Assembly (NCBI GenBank): GCA_013377115.1
Contig: JACAAW010000002.1
Location: 2,200 to 66,199, forward strand
Direction of reading: 5' to 3'
Length of the DNA: 64,000 nt
DNA from: Bacteroidota bacterium
GTDB taxonomy: Bacteria > Bacteroidota > Bacteroidia > Bacteroidales > CG2-30-32-10
In this document: piece after piece, positions 21,863-31,978 of the stretch
How positions within the stretch are numbered: the stretch's first letter is position 1
Layout: each line of letters opens with the position of its first letter
Program-made: the position numbers and the translations under genes
The notes under the pieces: generated by a model
Databases searched by the model: none
Told to the model about the DNA's origin: nothing
The model's input: the letters and a program-made list of their open reading frames with translations, nothing else

Positions 21863-23446
21863 ATGGCAGAAATAAAACCCGCTGAAGTATCGGCAATTTT
21901 GCGTCAACAATTAGCTGGAATAAAATTCGAAGCAGAACTAGAAGAAGTTGGTACTGTATTGCAAGTTGGTGATGGTATTGCTCGTATTTACGGATTAAAC
22001 AATGCTCAATCAGGAGAATTGGTAGAATTCGAAAAAAACGGCATCAGAGCTATCGTTTTAAACCTTGAAGAAGATAACGTTGGAGTTGTTTTACTTGGTG
22101 AATCAACAGAAATTAAAGAAGGTGACACTGTTAAACGTACTGGAAGAATTGCTTCTGTAAACGTTGGAGAAGGCGTTTTAGGTAGAGTTATCAATACTAT
22201 TGGCGATCCAATTGATGGTAAAGGTCCAATTACTGGAACAACCTACGAAATGTCATTAGAAAGAAAAGCTCCTGGAGTAATTTTCCGTCAGCCAGTTACT
22301 GAACCATTGCAAACTGGTATCAAACCAATTGATGCAATGATTCCAATTGGTAGAGGACAAAGAGAATTAATTATTGGTGACCGTCAGACCGGAAAAACCG
22401 CTATTGCAATTGACACAATTATCAATCAAAAAGAGTTTTACGAAAAAGGTGAAACTGTTTATTGTATTTATGTTGCAATCGGACAAAAAGGTTCTACAAT
22501 TGCCAATATTCAAAAAATATTAGAAGATAAAGGTGCGATGGCATATACAGTTATTGTTGCAGCTACTGCTTCTGACCCTGCAGCAATGCAGTTTTATGCT
22601 CCATTTACAGGTGCAGCGATTGGTGAATTCTTCAGAGATACTGGTAGACCAGCTTTAGTAATTTATGATGATTTATCCAAACAAGCTGTTTCTTATCGTG
22701 AAGTTTCTCTTTTATTAAGAAGACCTCCAGGACGTGAAGCATATCCTGGTGATGTATTTTATCTTCACTCAAGATTGCTTGAAAGAGCTGCAAAAATTAT
22801 CAAATCTGATGAAATTGCTGCAAAAATGAACGATTTACCAGAATCTCTTCGTCCAATTGTAAAAGGAGGTGGTTCTTTAACCGCTTTACCAATTATCGAA
22901 ACACAAGCTGGTGACGTTTCTGCATACATTCCAACCAATGTAATTTCGATTACTGATGGTCAGATTTTCCTTGAGTCGAATCTTTTTAACGCTGGTATCC
23001 GTCCTGCAATTAACGTTGGTATTTCGGTTTCTAGAGTTGGAGGTAATGCTCAAATAAAATCAATGAAAAAAGTTGCTGGTACCTTAAAATTAGACCAAGC
23101 TCAATTCCGCGAATTGGAAGCTTTCTCTAAATTCGGTTCCGACCTTGATGCAACAACCAAAGCTGTATTAGCAAAAGGTTCTAGAAATGTGGAAATTCTT
23201 AAACAAGCACAATATTCACCAATGACTGTTGAAAAACAAGTAGCTATTTTATATTGTGGTACAAAAGGTTTATTGCAAAATATTCCAATTAGAAGAATTA
23301 ACGATTTTGAGGATGAATATTTAAATTTCTTAGAAATTAATCATGCTGACGTTTTAGAATCATTACGTAAGGGTGCTCTCTCAGATGAAGCAATCAAGGT
23401 GATGGATCAAACAGCAAAAGACATATCAAGAAAATACGAAAATTAA
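21863..23446 (+). CDS. atpA: F0F1 ATP synthase subunit alpha
   Basis: Walker A GDRQTGKT, plus [27 protein letters not shown]. Confidence 0.97.
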   Translation: MAEIKPAEVSAILRQQLAGIKFEAELEEVGTVLQVGDGIARIYGLNNAQSGELVEFEKNGIRAIVLNLEEDNVGVVLLGESTEIKEGDTVKRTGRIASVNVGEGVLGRVINTIGDPIDGKGPITGTTYEMSLERKAPGVIFRQPVTEPLQTGIKPIDAMIPIGRGQRELIIGDRQTGKTAIAIDTIINQKEFYEKGETVYCIYVAIGQKGSTIANIQKILEDKGAMAYTVIVAATASDPAAMQFYAPFTGAAIGEFFRDTGRPALVIYDDLSKQAVSYREVSLLLRRPPGREAYPGDVFYLHSRLLERAAKIIKSDEIAAKMNDLPESLRPIVKGGGSLTALPIIETQAGDVSAYIPTNVISITDGQIFLESNLFNAGIRPAINVGISVSRVGGNAQIKSMKKVAGTLKLDQAQFRELEAFSKFGSDLDATTKAVLAKGSRNVEILKQAQYSPMTVEKQVAILYCGTKGLLQNIPIRRINDFEDEYLNFLEINHADVLESLRKGALSDEAIKVMDQTAKDISRKYEN

Positions 23447-23458
23447 GCTAATTCATTA

Positions 23459-24340
23459 ATGGCCAATTTAAAAGAAGTTAGATATAGAATTACCTCTGTT
23501 AATTCAACTCAACAGATTACGAGTGCCATGAAAATGGTTTCGGCATCTAAGTTGAGGCGTGCACAGGATGCAATTATAAAATTGCGTCCTTATGCCAATA
23601 AACTGAAGGAAATTCTGCAGAATCTTAGCTCAAATCTAGATAATAGTAGTGAAGGAGCTTATTCTAAACAAAGAAAAGTTCAAAAAGTTTTGTTAATTGC
23701 TATTTCTTCGAATCGTGGACTTTGCGGAGCCTTTAATTCGAATGTTATTAAAGCAACGAATGTTTTAATTAACACAACTTTTGCTGAACAATTTAAAAGT
23801 AATAATGGTTCGATCATGACTTTCGGGAAAAAAGTTTCCGAATTTTATGCAAAAAGACCATATCCAATTTTCGAATCAAACAATCAGATTTTTGATCATC
23901 TTACATTTAATAATGTTGCACCTTTGGCAGAAAAAGTGATGAAAGCTTTTGCTACTGGTAATTTTGACAAGGTTGTTATCATTTACAATCAATTCAAAAA
24001 TGCTGCAGTACAAATTTTGTCAACTGAAGATTATTTGCCAATAGTTCCTCAGGAAAATGAAGTTGTAAAAAAATCGAAAATGGATTATATTTTCGAACCA
24101 AACAAAGAGGAAATTGTAAGCGAATTAATTCCTAAATCCTTAAAAATTCAACTTTATAAAGCATTATTAGATTCTCACGCTGCAGAACACGGTGCACGTA
24201 TGACTGCAATGCATAAAGCTACAGATAATGCACAGGAATTATTAAAGGAATTACGTCTTACTTACAATAAAGCACGTCAGGCAGCTATTACCAACGAAAT
24301 TTTGGAAATTGTTGGTGGAGCTGAAGCATTAAAAGGTTAA
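23459..24340 (+). CDS. atpG: F0F1 ATP synthase subunit gamma
   Basis: ITSAMKMVSASKLRRAQ at the N-terminus and RQAAITNEILEIVGGAEAL at the C-terminus. Confidence 0.95.
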   Translation: MANLKEVRYRITSVNSTQQITSAMKMVSASKLRRAQDAIIKLRPYANKLKEILQNLSSNLDNSSEGAYSKQRKVQKVLLIAISSNRGLCGAFNSNVIKATNVLINTTFAEQFKSNNGSIMTFGKKVSEFYAKRPYPIFESNNQIFDHLTFNNVAPLAEKVMKAFATGNFDKVVIIYNQFKNAAVQILSTEDYLPIVPQENEVVKKSKMDYIFEPNKEEIVSELIPKSLKIQLYKALLDSHAAEHGARMTAMHKATDNAQELLKELRLTYNKARQAAITNEILEIVGGAEALKG

Positions 24341-24381
24341 TATTTATTAATGGTAAGTTAAACATAATTGGCATTGACGTC

Positions 24382-24412
24382 ATTGCGATTCGCCATTAGG
24401 CGAAGAAGCAAT
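24382..24412 (+). terminator. imperfect hairpin downstream of atpG
   Basis: attgc-ga-ttcgcc-atta-ggcgaa-gaa-gcaat. The T-run is weak, so this is only a possible terminator. Confidence 0.3.
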
Positions 24413-24450
24413 CTAAAATTCGGTTTTAACAATTACAAAAATATTGTACC

Positions 24451-24963
24451 ATGATTTCAAACAAAATAGAAGACATCATTAACATCCAAATTGAAAAAGA
24501 AGGTTATTCTTCTAATTTATATTTGGCTATGGCATCTTGGGCCGAAAACCAAGGTTTTGCGGGAACTGCAGAATGGCTTCATGCACAAGCAGAAGAAGAA
24601 CGCTCTCATATGCTAAAATTTATTGCTTATGTAAACGATCGTGGCGGAAAAGCAATTATTCCTGATTTTAAAAAACCGCCTTCAGATTTTGTTGACATCA
24701 GTACCTGTTTTAAACAAGTAATGGAACACGAGCGTTATATTACCAATTCAATCAATGAAATTGTTGCTCTTTGCGCTCAAGAAAGAGATTTTACGACACA
24801 AAACTGGGTGCAATGGTTTGTAAACGAGCAAATACAAGAAGAAAAATCGGTACAAGGCATTCTCGATAAATTGAGACTACTCGGACCTGGTAATCTTTAT
24901 ATGTTCGACAGAGATGTTTTGGCTATGCGTCAGGCAGAAGCAGCTCCTGCGAAAACTGCATAA
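24451..24963 (+). CDS. ftnA: non-heme ferritin
   Basis: Ferroxidase-centre pattern EKEGYSSNLYLAMASW...EEERSHMLKF...QEEKS. The protein is 170 aa. Confidence 0.9.
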   Translation: MISNKIEDIINIQIEKEGYSSNLYLAMASWAENQGFAGTAEWLHAQAEEERSHMLKFIAYVNDRGGKAIIPDFKKPPSDFVDISTCFKQVMEHERYITNSINEIVALCAQERDFTTQNWVQWFVNEQIQEEKSVQGILDKLRLLGPGNLYMFDRDVLAMRQAEAAPAKTA

Positions 24964-24986
24964 AATAATTTTAATCTATTTTGAAT

Positions 24987-25013
24987 GCTCAGGAAAATTT
25001 CTGAGCTTTTTTT
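24987..25013 (+). terminator. rho-independent terminator after ferritin
   Basis: gctcag / ctgagc stem followed by a T7 run. Confidence 0.55.
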
Positions 25014-25215
25014 ATTGTTTTTATAGACAAAGTTCAAAACTTAGAAGACATAAATAAAATTTTTACATTTACACCTTCTAACTTTAACAAAACCCCCTAA
25101 CCATGAAAAAATTAGCCACATTACTTGCTTTTATTTTTTTGATGAATTACATTGTAAAAGCAAAAATGGAAAATGGGGTTGTTGTTAAGAGGTTTATAAA
25201 GGAATAATAAAATTG

Positions 25216-25248
25216 AGACCTAACAGGTTTATGAAACCTTTTAGGTCT
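25216..25248 (+). terminator. hairpin after the 34-codon ORF at 25103
   Basis: agacctaa..aggttt atg aaacct..ttaggtct forms an interrupted stem of about 14 bp. Confidence 0.4.
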
Positions 25249-25363
25249 TTAATAATTATATAATATCCTATTTTTATTTCCGTAAAATCACGTATATTAA
25301 ATAAGTATTTCTACTATTTTTTAATGATTTTCAATTGATTAACTTTAAAAAAAGAAAATCATT

Positions 25364-25546
25364 ATGGAAAATCAAAACAATTACTCCCTGAAAATCAAGA
25401 AAATCAGCAAAACCAGTATTTCAATTAAATTAATTAACGAAGTGGATGGTAAGGAAAACGTAATTTTCGAAATAGAAAGCAAACGAATTGTTCCTGCAAC
25501 TGATATGATTAAACGCTATAAACAGAATTTGGGAATGTCTGCCTAA
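25364..25546 (+). CDS. hypothetical protein (60 aa)
   Basis: The ORF has normal composition and no recognisable motif. It ends abutting the convergent DUF3109-like gene. Confidence 0.3.
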   Translation: MENQNNYSLKIKKISKTSISIKLINEVDGKENVIFEIESKRIVPATDMIKRYKQNLGMSA

Positions 25547-26119
25547 TTATTTCTTAACATTCGTATTAAATTCATATTCCAAAGCCTGATACCATTCTTC
25601 TCCGTATTTCCTTAATAATGGTTCTTTCAAAAATTGAAAGACCCTAACATTTAATTTTTTCCCATTTTCGCATGCAGCATAACAAATTGGCCAGCGATGA
25701 TAATTTACTGCATCAAAAGTAGAATAATCTGTAATTCTCACAGGATAGAGGTGACAAGAAATTGGCTTCTTAAAATCTATTTTTCCTTCCAGAAATGCTT
25801 TTTCAATGGCACATTTTGCAATATTATTATGATCGAAAAAAGTATAAACACAATATTTTCCCTCATATAAAGGTGTTAAATAATCGCCACCTTCATCAAC
25901 AACCCACAACCCATTTTTTTCCACAGCTTCAATACATTCTGTAATCATATAAGGTTTAACTTTGTCGAATACCGACTGAAGTTTTTTTAGCTCTGCTTCT
26001 TCTAATGGTGCACCAGCATCACCTTCAACACAGCAAGCACCCATGCATCTTTTTAAATCACAAACGAAACATACATCAAGAAGGCTCTCAGAAACAATGG
26101 TATTTTGAATTACAATCAT
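25547..26119 (-). CDS. Cys-rich DUF3109-like protein
   Basis: CFVCDLKRCMGACCVEGDAGAPL near the N-terminus plus further conserved Cys residues. At 190 aa it is a size typical in Bacteroidota. The family is named from memory. Confidence 0.65.
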   Translation of the reverse strand: MIVIQNTIVSESLLDVCFVCDLKRCMGACCVEGDAGAPLEEAELKKLQSVFDKVKPYMITECIEAVEKNGLWVVDEGGDYLTPLYEGKYCVYTFFDHNNIAKCAIEKAFLEGKIDFKKPISCHLYPVRITDYSTFDAVNYHRWPICYAACENGKKLNVRVFQFLKEPLLRKYGEEWYQALEYEFNTNVKK

Positions 26120-26238
26120 GATGCAAAGTTAATGTTTTAAAGTTTTTTTTTAATTAAAATCAATCTCAAAATAATTTTATTGGAATTAATATTTTTACTA
26201 AATTTACCATTCTACAATTAATTAAAAATTATTGATAC

Positions 26239-26676
26239 ATGAAAAAAGCAGAAATACACACCGAAAAAGGTGTAATGTATGTTGAGTTTTACGAAAAAGA
26301 CGCGCCAAACACTGTTAAAAACTTTACGGATTTAGCAAAAAAAGGATTTTATGATGGATTAACTTTTCATAGAGTAATTCCTGATTTTGTAATTCAAGGT
26401 GGATGCCCTCAAGGAACAGGCGTTGGAGGCCCTGGTTACAAAATCAAATGCGAATTAGATGGAGGAAATCAATATCACGATCGTGGTGTTTTATCAATGG
26501 CTCACGCTGGTCGAGATACAGGTGGTTCTCAGTTTTTTGTTTGTCATAGCCGCCAAAACACTAGCCATCTAGATAGAGTTCACACTTGTTTTGGTAAAGT
26601 TTACGATGGTTTAGACGTAATCGATGCTATTCGTACTGATGACGAAATTACCAAAATTGTTATTATCGAAGAATAA
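26239..26676 (+). CDS. peptidylprolyl isomerase, cyclophilin type
   Basis: [13 protein letters not shown]...GGPGY...[16 protein letters not shown]. Confidence 0.95.
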   Translation: MKKAEIHTEKGVMYVEFYEKDAPNTVKNFTDLAKKGFYDGLTFHRVIPDFVIQGGCPQGTGVGGPGYKIKCELDGGNQYHDRGVLSMAHAGRDTGGSQFFVCHSRQNTSHLDRVHTCFGKVYDGLDVIDAIRTDDEITKIVIIEE

Positions 26677-26700
26677 ATTATTAACTAAACAACATAAAAC

Positions 26701-27636
26701 ATGGAAGTTCAACAAATAGTTATGTATGTAATAATAGGATTGGTTGTCCTATTGTTTCTAGGCTCCTTCGTTACAGTTAAACAAGGATCTATTGCTGTTA
26801 TCACTATTTTTGGTAAATACAGAAGGATTTTAATGCCAGGTTTAAGTTTGAAAATTCCTTTCATTGAAAGTATTTACAGACGAGTTTCGATTCAAAATCG
26901 TTCGATCGAATTAGAATTTCAGGCAACAACGCAAGACCAGGCAAATGTTTATTTTAAAGCAATGCTTGTTTATGCGGTTATTAACCACGAAGAAGAAAAC
27001 ATTAAAAGTGTGGCTTTTAAATTCGTAGATGATCGGAATTTTATGCAGGCGTTAATTAGAACAATTGAAGGAACCATTCGTGGTTATGTTTCAACAAAAA
27101 AACAAGCAGAGGTTCTTTCTCTTAGAAGTGAAATCGTTGCTGAAGTTAAAGAAAATATTGACGTAACTCTTGCAGGCTGGGGATATCACTTAATTGATTT
27201 ACAATTAAACGATATTACATTCGACGAAGAAATTATGAAATCAATGGCAAGGGTGGTTGCTTCTTCAAATTTAAAAGCTGCTGCTGAAAACGAAGGACAA
27301 GCTTTATTAATTACCAAAACCAAAGCTGCCGAAGCTGAGGGAAATGCAATTAAAATTTCTGCTGGTGCAGAAAGAGAAGCTGCTCAACTTCGCGGACAAG
27401 GGGTTGCCTTATTTAGAGAAGAAGTGGCGAGAGGTATGGCAAGTGCAGCAAAAGAAATGCAAGATGCAAGTTTAGATTCTTCATTTTTATTATTTTCCAT
27501 GTGGACAGAAGCTATTAAACATTTTGCTGAACAAGGAAAAGGAAATGTTATCTTCTTGGATGGATCAACAGACAACATGAAAAGAACAATGGAAGAAGTG
27601 ATGTCTCTTAACGTCATGGACCAGATTAAAAAATAA
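26701..27636 (+). CDS. SPFH/Band 7 domain protein
   Basis: N-terminal TM helix, then the VKQGSIAVITIFGKYRRILMPGLSLKIPF prohibitin-homology domain, then an Ala/Glu-rich coiled coil. Confidence 0.9.
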   Translation: MEVQQIVMYVIIGLVVLLFLGSFVTVKQGSIAVITIFGKYRRILMPGLSLKIPFIESIYRRVSIQNRSIELEFQATTQDQANVYFKAMLVYAVINHEEENIKSVAFKFVDDRNFMQALIRTIEGTIRGYVSTKKQAEVLSLRSEIVAEVKENIDVTLAGWGYHLIDLQLNDITFDEEIMKSMARVVASSNLKAAAENEGQALLITKTKAAEAEGNAIKISAGAEREAAQLRGQGVALFREEVARGMASAAKEMQDASLDSSFLLFSMWTEAIKHFAEQGKGNVIFLDGSTDNMKRTMEEVMSLNVMDQIKK

Positions 27637-27655
27637 TTATTCAATTTTTTTAAAA

Positions 27656-27690
27656 ATAATCCATTCCTTTCGAATGGATTATTTTTTTTT
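27656..27690 (+). terminator. rho-independent terminator after the SPFH gene
   Basis: ataatccattc / gaatggattat stem (11 bp), a 5-nt loop and a T-run. Confidence 0.65.
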
Positions 27691-27780
27691 ATCAAATTCG
27701 AAGAATTTTCAGATGTTATTTCTGTCATAGAAATTTCAATATGGTTTGTGTTTTTTAAAAAAATCCCGTAGGTTTGCAAT

Positions 27781-29307
27781 ATGGCAAATAACGAAGAAAT
27801 TTTCAAGAAAATTATTGCCCATTCAAAAGAATATGGGTTTATATTTCCATCAAGTGAAATTTATGATGGACTAGCTGCGGTGTATGACTATGGTCAATAC
27901 GGCGTTGAATTAAAAAACAACATTAAAAGCTATTGGTGGAAATCGATGGTTCAATATCATGAAAATATTGTTGGAATTGATACCGCTATTTTTATGCATC
28001 CTACCATCTGGAAAGCTTCCGGACATGTTGATGCTTTCAACGATCCTTTAATCGACAACAAAGACTCTAAAAAACGCTATAGAGCAGATGTTTTAATTGA
28101 AGATCATGTTGAGAAAATTGAAGAAAAAATACAGAAAGAAGTAAAAAAAGCCGCCGAACGTTTTGGTGATACTTTTGACGAACAACAATACAGAACAACC
28201 AACCAAAGAGTTGTTGAATATCAAGAAAAAATAACGTCCATTAAAAACAGATTTGTTGATTCTCTTGAAAAAGGAGATCTAGCTGATATAAAAACTCTTA
28301 TTGAAGAATGTGGAATCGTTTGTCCTGTTTCTGGCTCAAAAAACTGGACAGAAGTTCGCCAATTTAATTTGATGTTTTCTACTCAAATGGGTTCGGTTAG
28401 TGAAGATTCCAATCAAATTTTCCTACGCCCAGAAACCGCTCAAGGAATTTTTGTAAACTACCTAAATGTCCAAAAATCTGGAAGAATGAAACTTCCTTTT
28501 GGAATTGCTCAAATTGGAAAAGCTTTCCGTAACGAAATCGTTGCTCGTCAATTTATTTTCAGAATGCGTGAATTTGAACAAATGGAAATGCAATATTTTG
28601 TTAAACCAGGCGAAGAATTAAAATGGTTCGAGTTCTGGAAAGATGCACGCATAAAATGGCATACTTCTCTAGGAATTCCAAGAGAAAAATATCGTTTTCA
28701 TGACCACGACAAACTAGCTCATTACGCCAATGCTGCGGCTGACATAGAATTTGAATTCCCATTTGGATTTAAAGAATTAGAAGGAATTCACTCCAGAACG
28801 GATTTCGATTTAAGTGCACATCAAAAATATTCAGGAAAAAAACTTCAGTTTTTCGATCCGGAAACCAACGAAAGCTACGTTCCTTATGTTGTTGAAACTT
28901 CAATTGGTGTTGATAGAATGTTCTTAGCTGTTTTAAGTAATGCATACAATGAAGAAAAGCTTGACGACGGTTCAATAAGAGTAGTACTAAATATTCCACC
29001 AGTTTTGGCTCCAATAAAAGCAGCCATTTTTCCACTGGTAAAAAAAGATGGATTGCCAGAAAAAGCAAGAGAAATAATGGATTTATTGAAGTATGATTAT
29101 ATGTGTCAATACGACGAAAAAGATGCTATTGGTAAGCGCTATCGTCGCCAAGATGCGATTGGAACTCCATATTGTATTACAATTGATCATCAAACCCTAG
29201 AAGATAACATGGTTACTATTCGTGAAAGAGATACCATGACACAAGAAAGAATTGAAATTTCGAAAATATCCGAAATTATTAGCAGTAAAATGAAAAAAAA
29301 CTTTTAA
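27781..29307 (+). CDS. glyQS: glycine--tRNA ligase (homodimeric class II type)
   Basis: YGFIFPSSEIYDGLAAVYDYG, LRPETAQGIFVN, FRNEI..R.FIFRMREFEQMEMQYF. Confidence 0.95.
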   Translation: MANNEEIFKKIIAHSKEYGFIFPSSEIYDGLAAVYDYGQYGVELKNNIKSYWWKSMVQYHENIVGIDTAIFMHPTIWKASGHVDAFNDPLIDNKDSKKRYRADVLIEDHVEKIEEKIQKEVKKAAERFGDTFDEQQYRTTNQRVVEYQEKITSIKNRFVDSLEKGDLADIKTLIEECGIVCPVSGSKNWTEVRQFNLMFSTQMGSVSEDSNQIFLRPETAQGIFVNYLNVQKSGRMKLPFGIAQIGKAFRNEIVARQFIFRMREFEQMEMQYFVKPGEELKWFEFWKDARIKWHTSLGIPREKYRFHDHDKLAHYANAAADIEFEFPFGFKELEGIHSRTDFDLSAHQKYSGKKLQFFDPETNESYVPYVVETSIGVDRMFLAVLSNAYNEEKLDDGSIRVVLNIPPVLAPIKAAIFPLVKKDGLPEKAREIMDLLKYDYMCQYDEKDAIGKRYRRQDAIGTPYCITIDHQTLEDNMVTIRERDTMTQERIEISKISEIISSKMKKNF

Positions 29308-29340
29308 TTTAATGGAATTATTCTTTCTTAAATCTGATAG

Positions 29341-31968
29341 ATGAATATTTATTCTGTTTTATCTTTTTTTGCTTTTATTACCTATATAAGCATTGGGCTT
29401 TTTGTTCTTTTACAAAATAAAAAGGCCAAGCTTAATTGGTTCTTTTTTCTCACATGCTGTAGTTTAGCCATTTGGTCCTTTTGCTACTCAATACACATTA
29501 ATGCTGCATCAAAGGAAGAGGCGATGATGTGGCGAAGGCTGTCCGCTATTGGCTGGAGTTTTCTACCAGTATTCTTAACAGCTTTTTTATATGTTTTAAG
29601 TAATACTCAAATAAAATTCTTTAAATATTTTTTAATGCCTTCCTTTTATGTCGCAGCATTAATTTTTATGACAAGAGCCCTTACTGGGAGTTTATTAATT
29701 TCTGATATTTATAAGATTGGAGACATTTGGTTTGTTATCGACAATAAAGAATCATGGTGGTTCTATGCATGGAATATTTATTTTACAATTACTTTTTTTG
29801 TCTCACTTGGGCTTATTTTTTATATCAATTTTAAAGCAAATTTTTTAAATTTAAAAAAAACCTCTAGGATTTTCCTTACAACGTTTCTATTACTTACTGT
29901 TAGTGGCTCTCTAACAGACATTGTTTTTCCTTTTTTTGGCATTCTTTATCTTCCAGATATTGGTCAAATAATCTGCACCATATGGATTTCAGGGATTGCA
30001 TGGGCTGTAATAAGGTTCAAATTCATGATTTTAAATAGCAGAACAGCATCCGAAGAAATTATTGCAAATATGAATGAATTGGTGTTCTTTTTGGATCACA
30101 ATAATAAAATAATAAGATCCAATAAATACACTGAGGAAATTAGTGGATATAGGCTAACCGATTATTATGACAAGCACCTATCCTCTTTTTTTGTTGAAAA
30201 AGAACTTCTTAATAAATACATTGAAAACAAAAACAAATCGAATACTTACAATGTATCTTTCGATGTCACTTTAATAACTAAAGAAAACAATAACATTCCT
30301 ATTAACATTTCCTATTCAGTAATTAACGATAAGCGTGGGAATAATTTTGGTGCAGTTGTGGTTGGCCATGATATAAGGCAAACAAATTTGTTACGCAACG
30401 AAATAAATGAAAGAAGAGTAGTTGAAGAAAAACTTCGCCATGCATATGACGACCTTGAAAACAGAGTTAAAGAAAGAACTAAAGAGTTAAGCGATTTAAA
30501 TATTTCGCTTCAAAATGAAATTTCTAGCCGAGCAGAAATTGAAACGGCATTGAGAGAAAGTGAAAATAAATATCAATTTATTGTTGAGAATACTGAAGAT
30601 GTATTATGGACAATGGATAGGAACTTAAAAATTGACTATACCTCTCCTTCAGTTCAAAGTCTTCTGGGTTACACTCCTGAGGAACATATGAAACAAACCT
30701 TAGAAGATTTTTTAACACCTGCATCTGCAAAAATGGTAATTGATGAATTTACCCAAGGTATGATTCATTTACAAAAAAGAGAATATGATAAATTAAGAAG
30801 CTCTGCTACCCTAGAAGTTGAGCTTCTTAGAAAAGATAAAACTATCCGATTTGGCCGAATTACCATTGTTAATATTCGAGATGAAAATCACCAGATAATA
30901 AAAATGAGAGGAGTTACCACAGATATTACCGAACAAAAATTGGCAAAAATAGCTCTTCAAAAAAGCGAAGAAAAATATCGTTCATTGGTAGAAAACATTT
31001 CGGATGTTATTTACACTCAAGATCTAAATGGAAAATTTACTTATATTTCACCAGCTATAATGCAAATAAGCAAATTTAAACCTGAAGAATTAATCGGAAA
31101 ACCATTTTTAGATTTTATTTATCCCGATGATATTCCAGCTCTTTTAGAAAGCTATCAAGAAACACTTCAGGGAAAATCTTCTCCAACAGAATTTAGAGTA
31201 ATTGATAAAGATGGAATTGTAAAATACGGTAGAACTTCGAGTAAACTCATATATGAAAATAATGTCCCTGTTGGAGTAAATGGAATTTTAACTGATATTA
31301 CCAACAAGAAAATTGCCGAAGAAAAGATAAAATCTGCATTGGCAGAAAAAGAGGTTTTATTAAGAGAGGTACATCACCGGGTAAAAAACAATATGCAGGT
31401 CATTCTCTCTTTGATCAATATGCAGGCTATTGACATTAAAGATTTGTCAATGCTTTCAAAATACAGAGAATTACAGGAAAGAGTGAGAACAATGTCAATG
31501 GTACATGAAGATTTGTACATCTCTGATGATCTCTCAAAAATAGATTTTGCAAATTATTTAAAGAAATTAACAAAAAATCTTTTCAGGGTTTATGGTCACA
31601 AAGAGGATATTCAGTACGAATTTAATTTATCTGAAGACGTATTTTTAACTCTTGAAACTGCCATTCCATGCGGTCTTATTGTAAATGAATTATTGAGCAA
31701 TTCTCTAAAATATGGATTTTCTACAAACACCTTTAAGGAAAAAAGAGAAAAAATAATTTCCCTAGAACTTGTTTTAAAAGACAATGAATATCTGCTAAAA
31801 GTAAGCGATAATGGAGTTGGTCTTCATGAAACTTTCGATCTAGCAACCACAAGAACAATGGGGCTAAGATTGGTAAATATCCTTGTTAAAGATCAAATAA
31901 ATGGAAACATTAATTATTACAATAATCCTGGCGCAAGTTTCGAAATTACTTTTCCAAAAAAATCTTAA
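29341..31968 (+). CDS. membrane PAS-domain sensor histidine kinase, HisKA_2 type, with N-terminal 7TM sensor module
   Basis: About seven N-terminal hydrophobic helices and three PAS-like blocks. H-box EVHHRVKNNMQVILSLI, then NELLSNSLKYGF and DNGVGL (HATPase). Confidence 0.85.
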   Translation: MNIYSVLSFFAFITYISIGLFVLLQNKKAKLNWFFFLTCCSLAIWSFCYSIHINAASKEEAMMWRRLSAIGWSFLPVFLTAFLYVLSNTQIKFFKYFLMPSFYVAALIFMTRALTGSLLISDIYKIGDIWFVIDNKESWWFYAWNIYFTITFFVSLGLIFYINFKANFLNLKKTSRIFLTTFLLLTVSGSLTDIVFPFFGILYLPDIGQIICTIWISGIAWAVIRFKFMILNSRTASEEIIANMNELVFFLDHNNKIIRSNKYTEEISGYRLTDYYDKHLSSFFVEKELLNKYIENKNKSNTYNVSFDVTLITKENNNIPINISYSVINDKRGNNFGAVVVGHDIRQTNLLRNEINERRVVEEKLRHAYDDLENRVKERTKELSDLNISLQNEISSRAEIETALRESENKYQFIVENTEDVLWTMDRNLKIDYTSPSVQSLLGYTPEEHMKQTLEDFLTPASAKMVIDEFTQGMIHLQKREYDKLRSSATLEVELLRKDKTIRFGRITIVNIRDENHQIIKMRGVTTDITEQKLAKIALQKSEEKYRSLVENISDVIYTQDLNGKFTYISPAIMQISKFKPEELIGKPFLDFIYPDDIPALLESYQETLQGKSSPTEFRVIDKDGIVKYGRTSSKLIYENNVPVGVNGILTDITNKKIAEEKIKSALAEKEVLLREVHHRVKNNMQVILSLINMQAIDIKDLSMLSKYRELQERVRTMSMVHEDLYISDDLSKIDFANYLKKLTKNLFRVYGHKEDIQYEFNLSEDVFLTLETAIPCGLIVNELLSNSLKYGFSTNTFKEKREKIISLELVLKDNEYLLKVSDNGVGLHETFDLATTRTMGLRLVNILVKDQINGNINYYNNPGASFEITFPKKS

Positions 31969-31978
31969 ATAAACTTAA

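Noticed and set aside
24371-24415. gacgtcattgcgattcgccattaggcgaagaagcaatc as a member of a dispersed small palindromic repeat family
   Set aside because: I could find only this one copy in the window, so it is treated merely as a weak hairpin downstream of atpG.
27384-27806. 140-aa minus-strand ORF
   Set aside because: It is antisense to the 3' end of the SPFH gene. It also spans that gene's terminator hairpin and the glyQS start.
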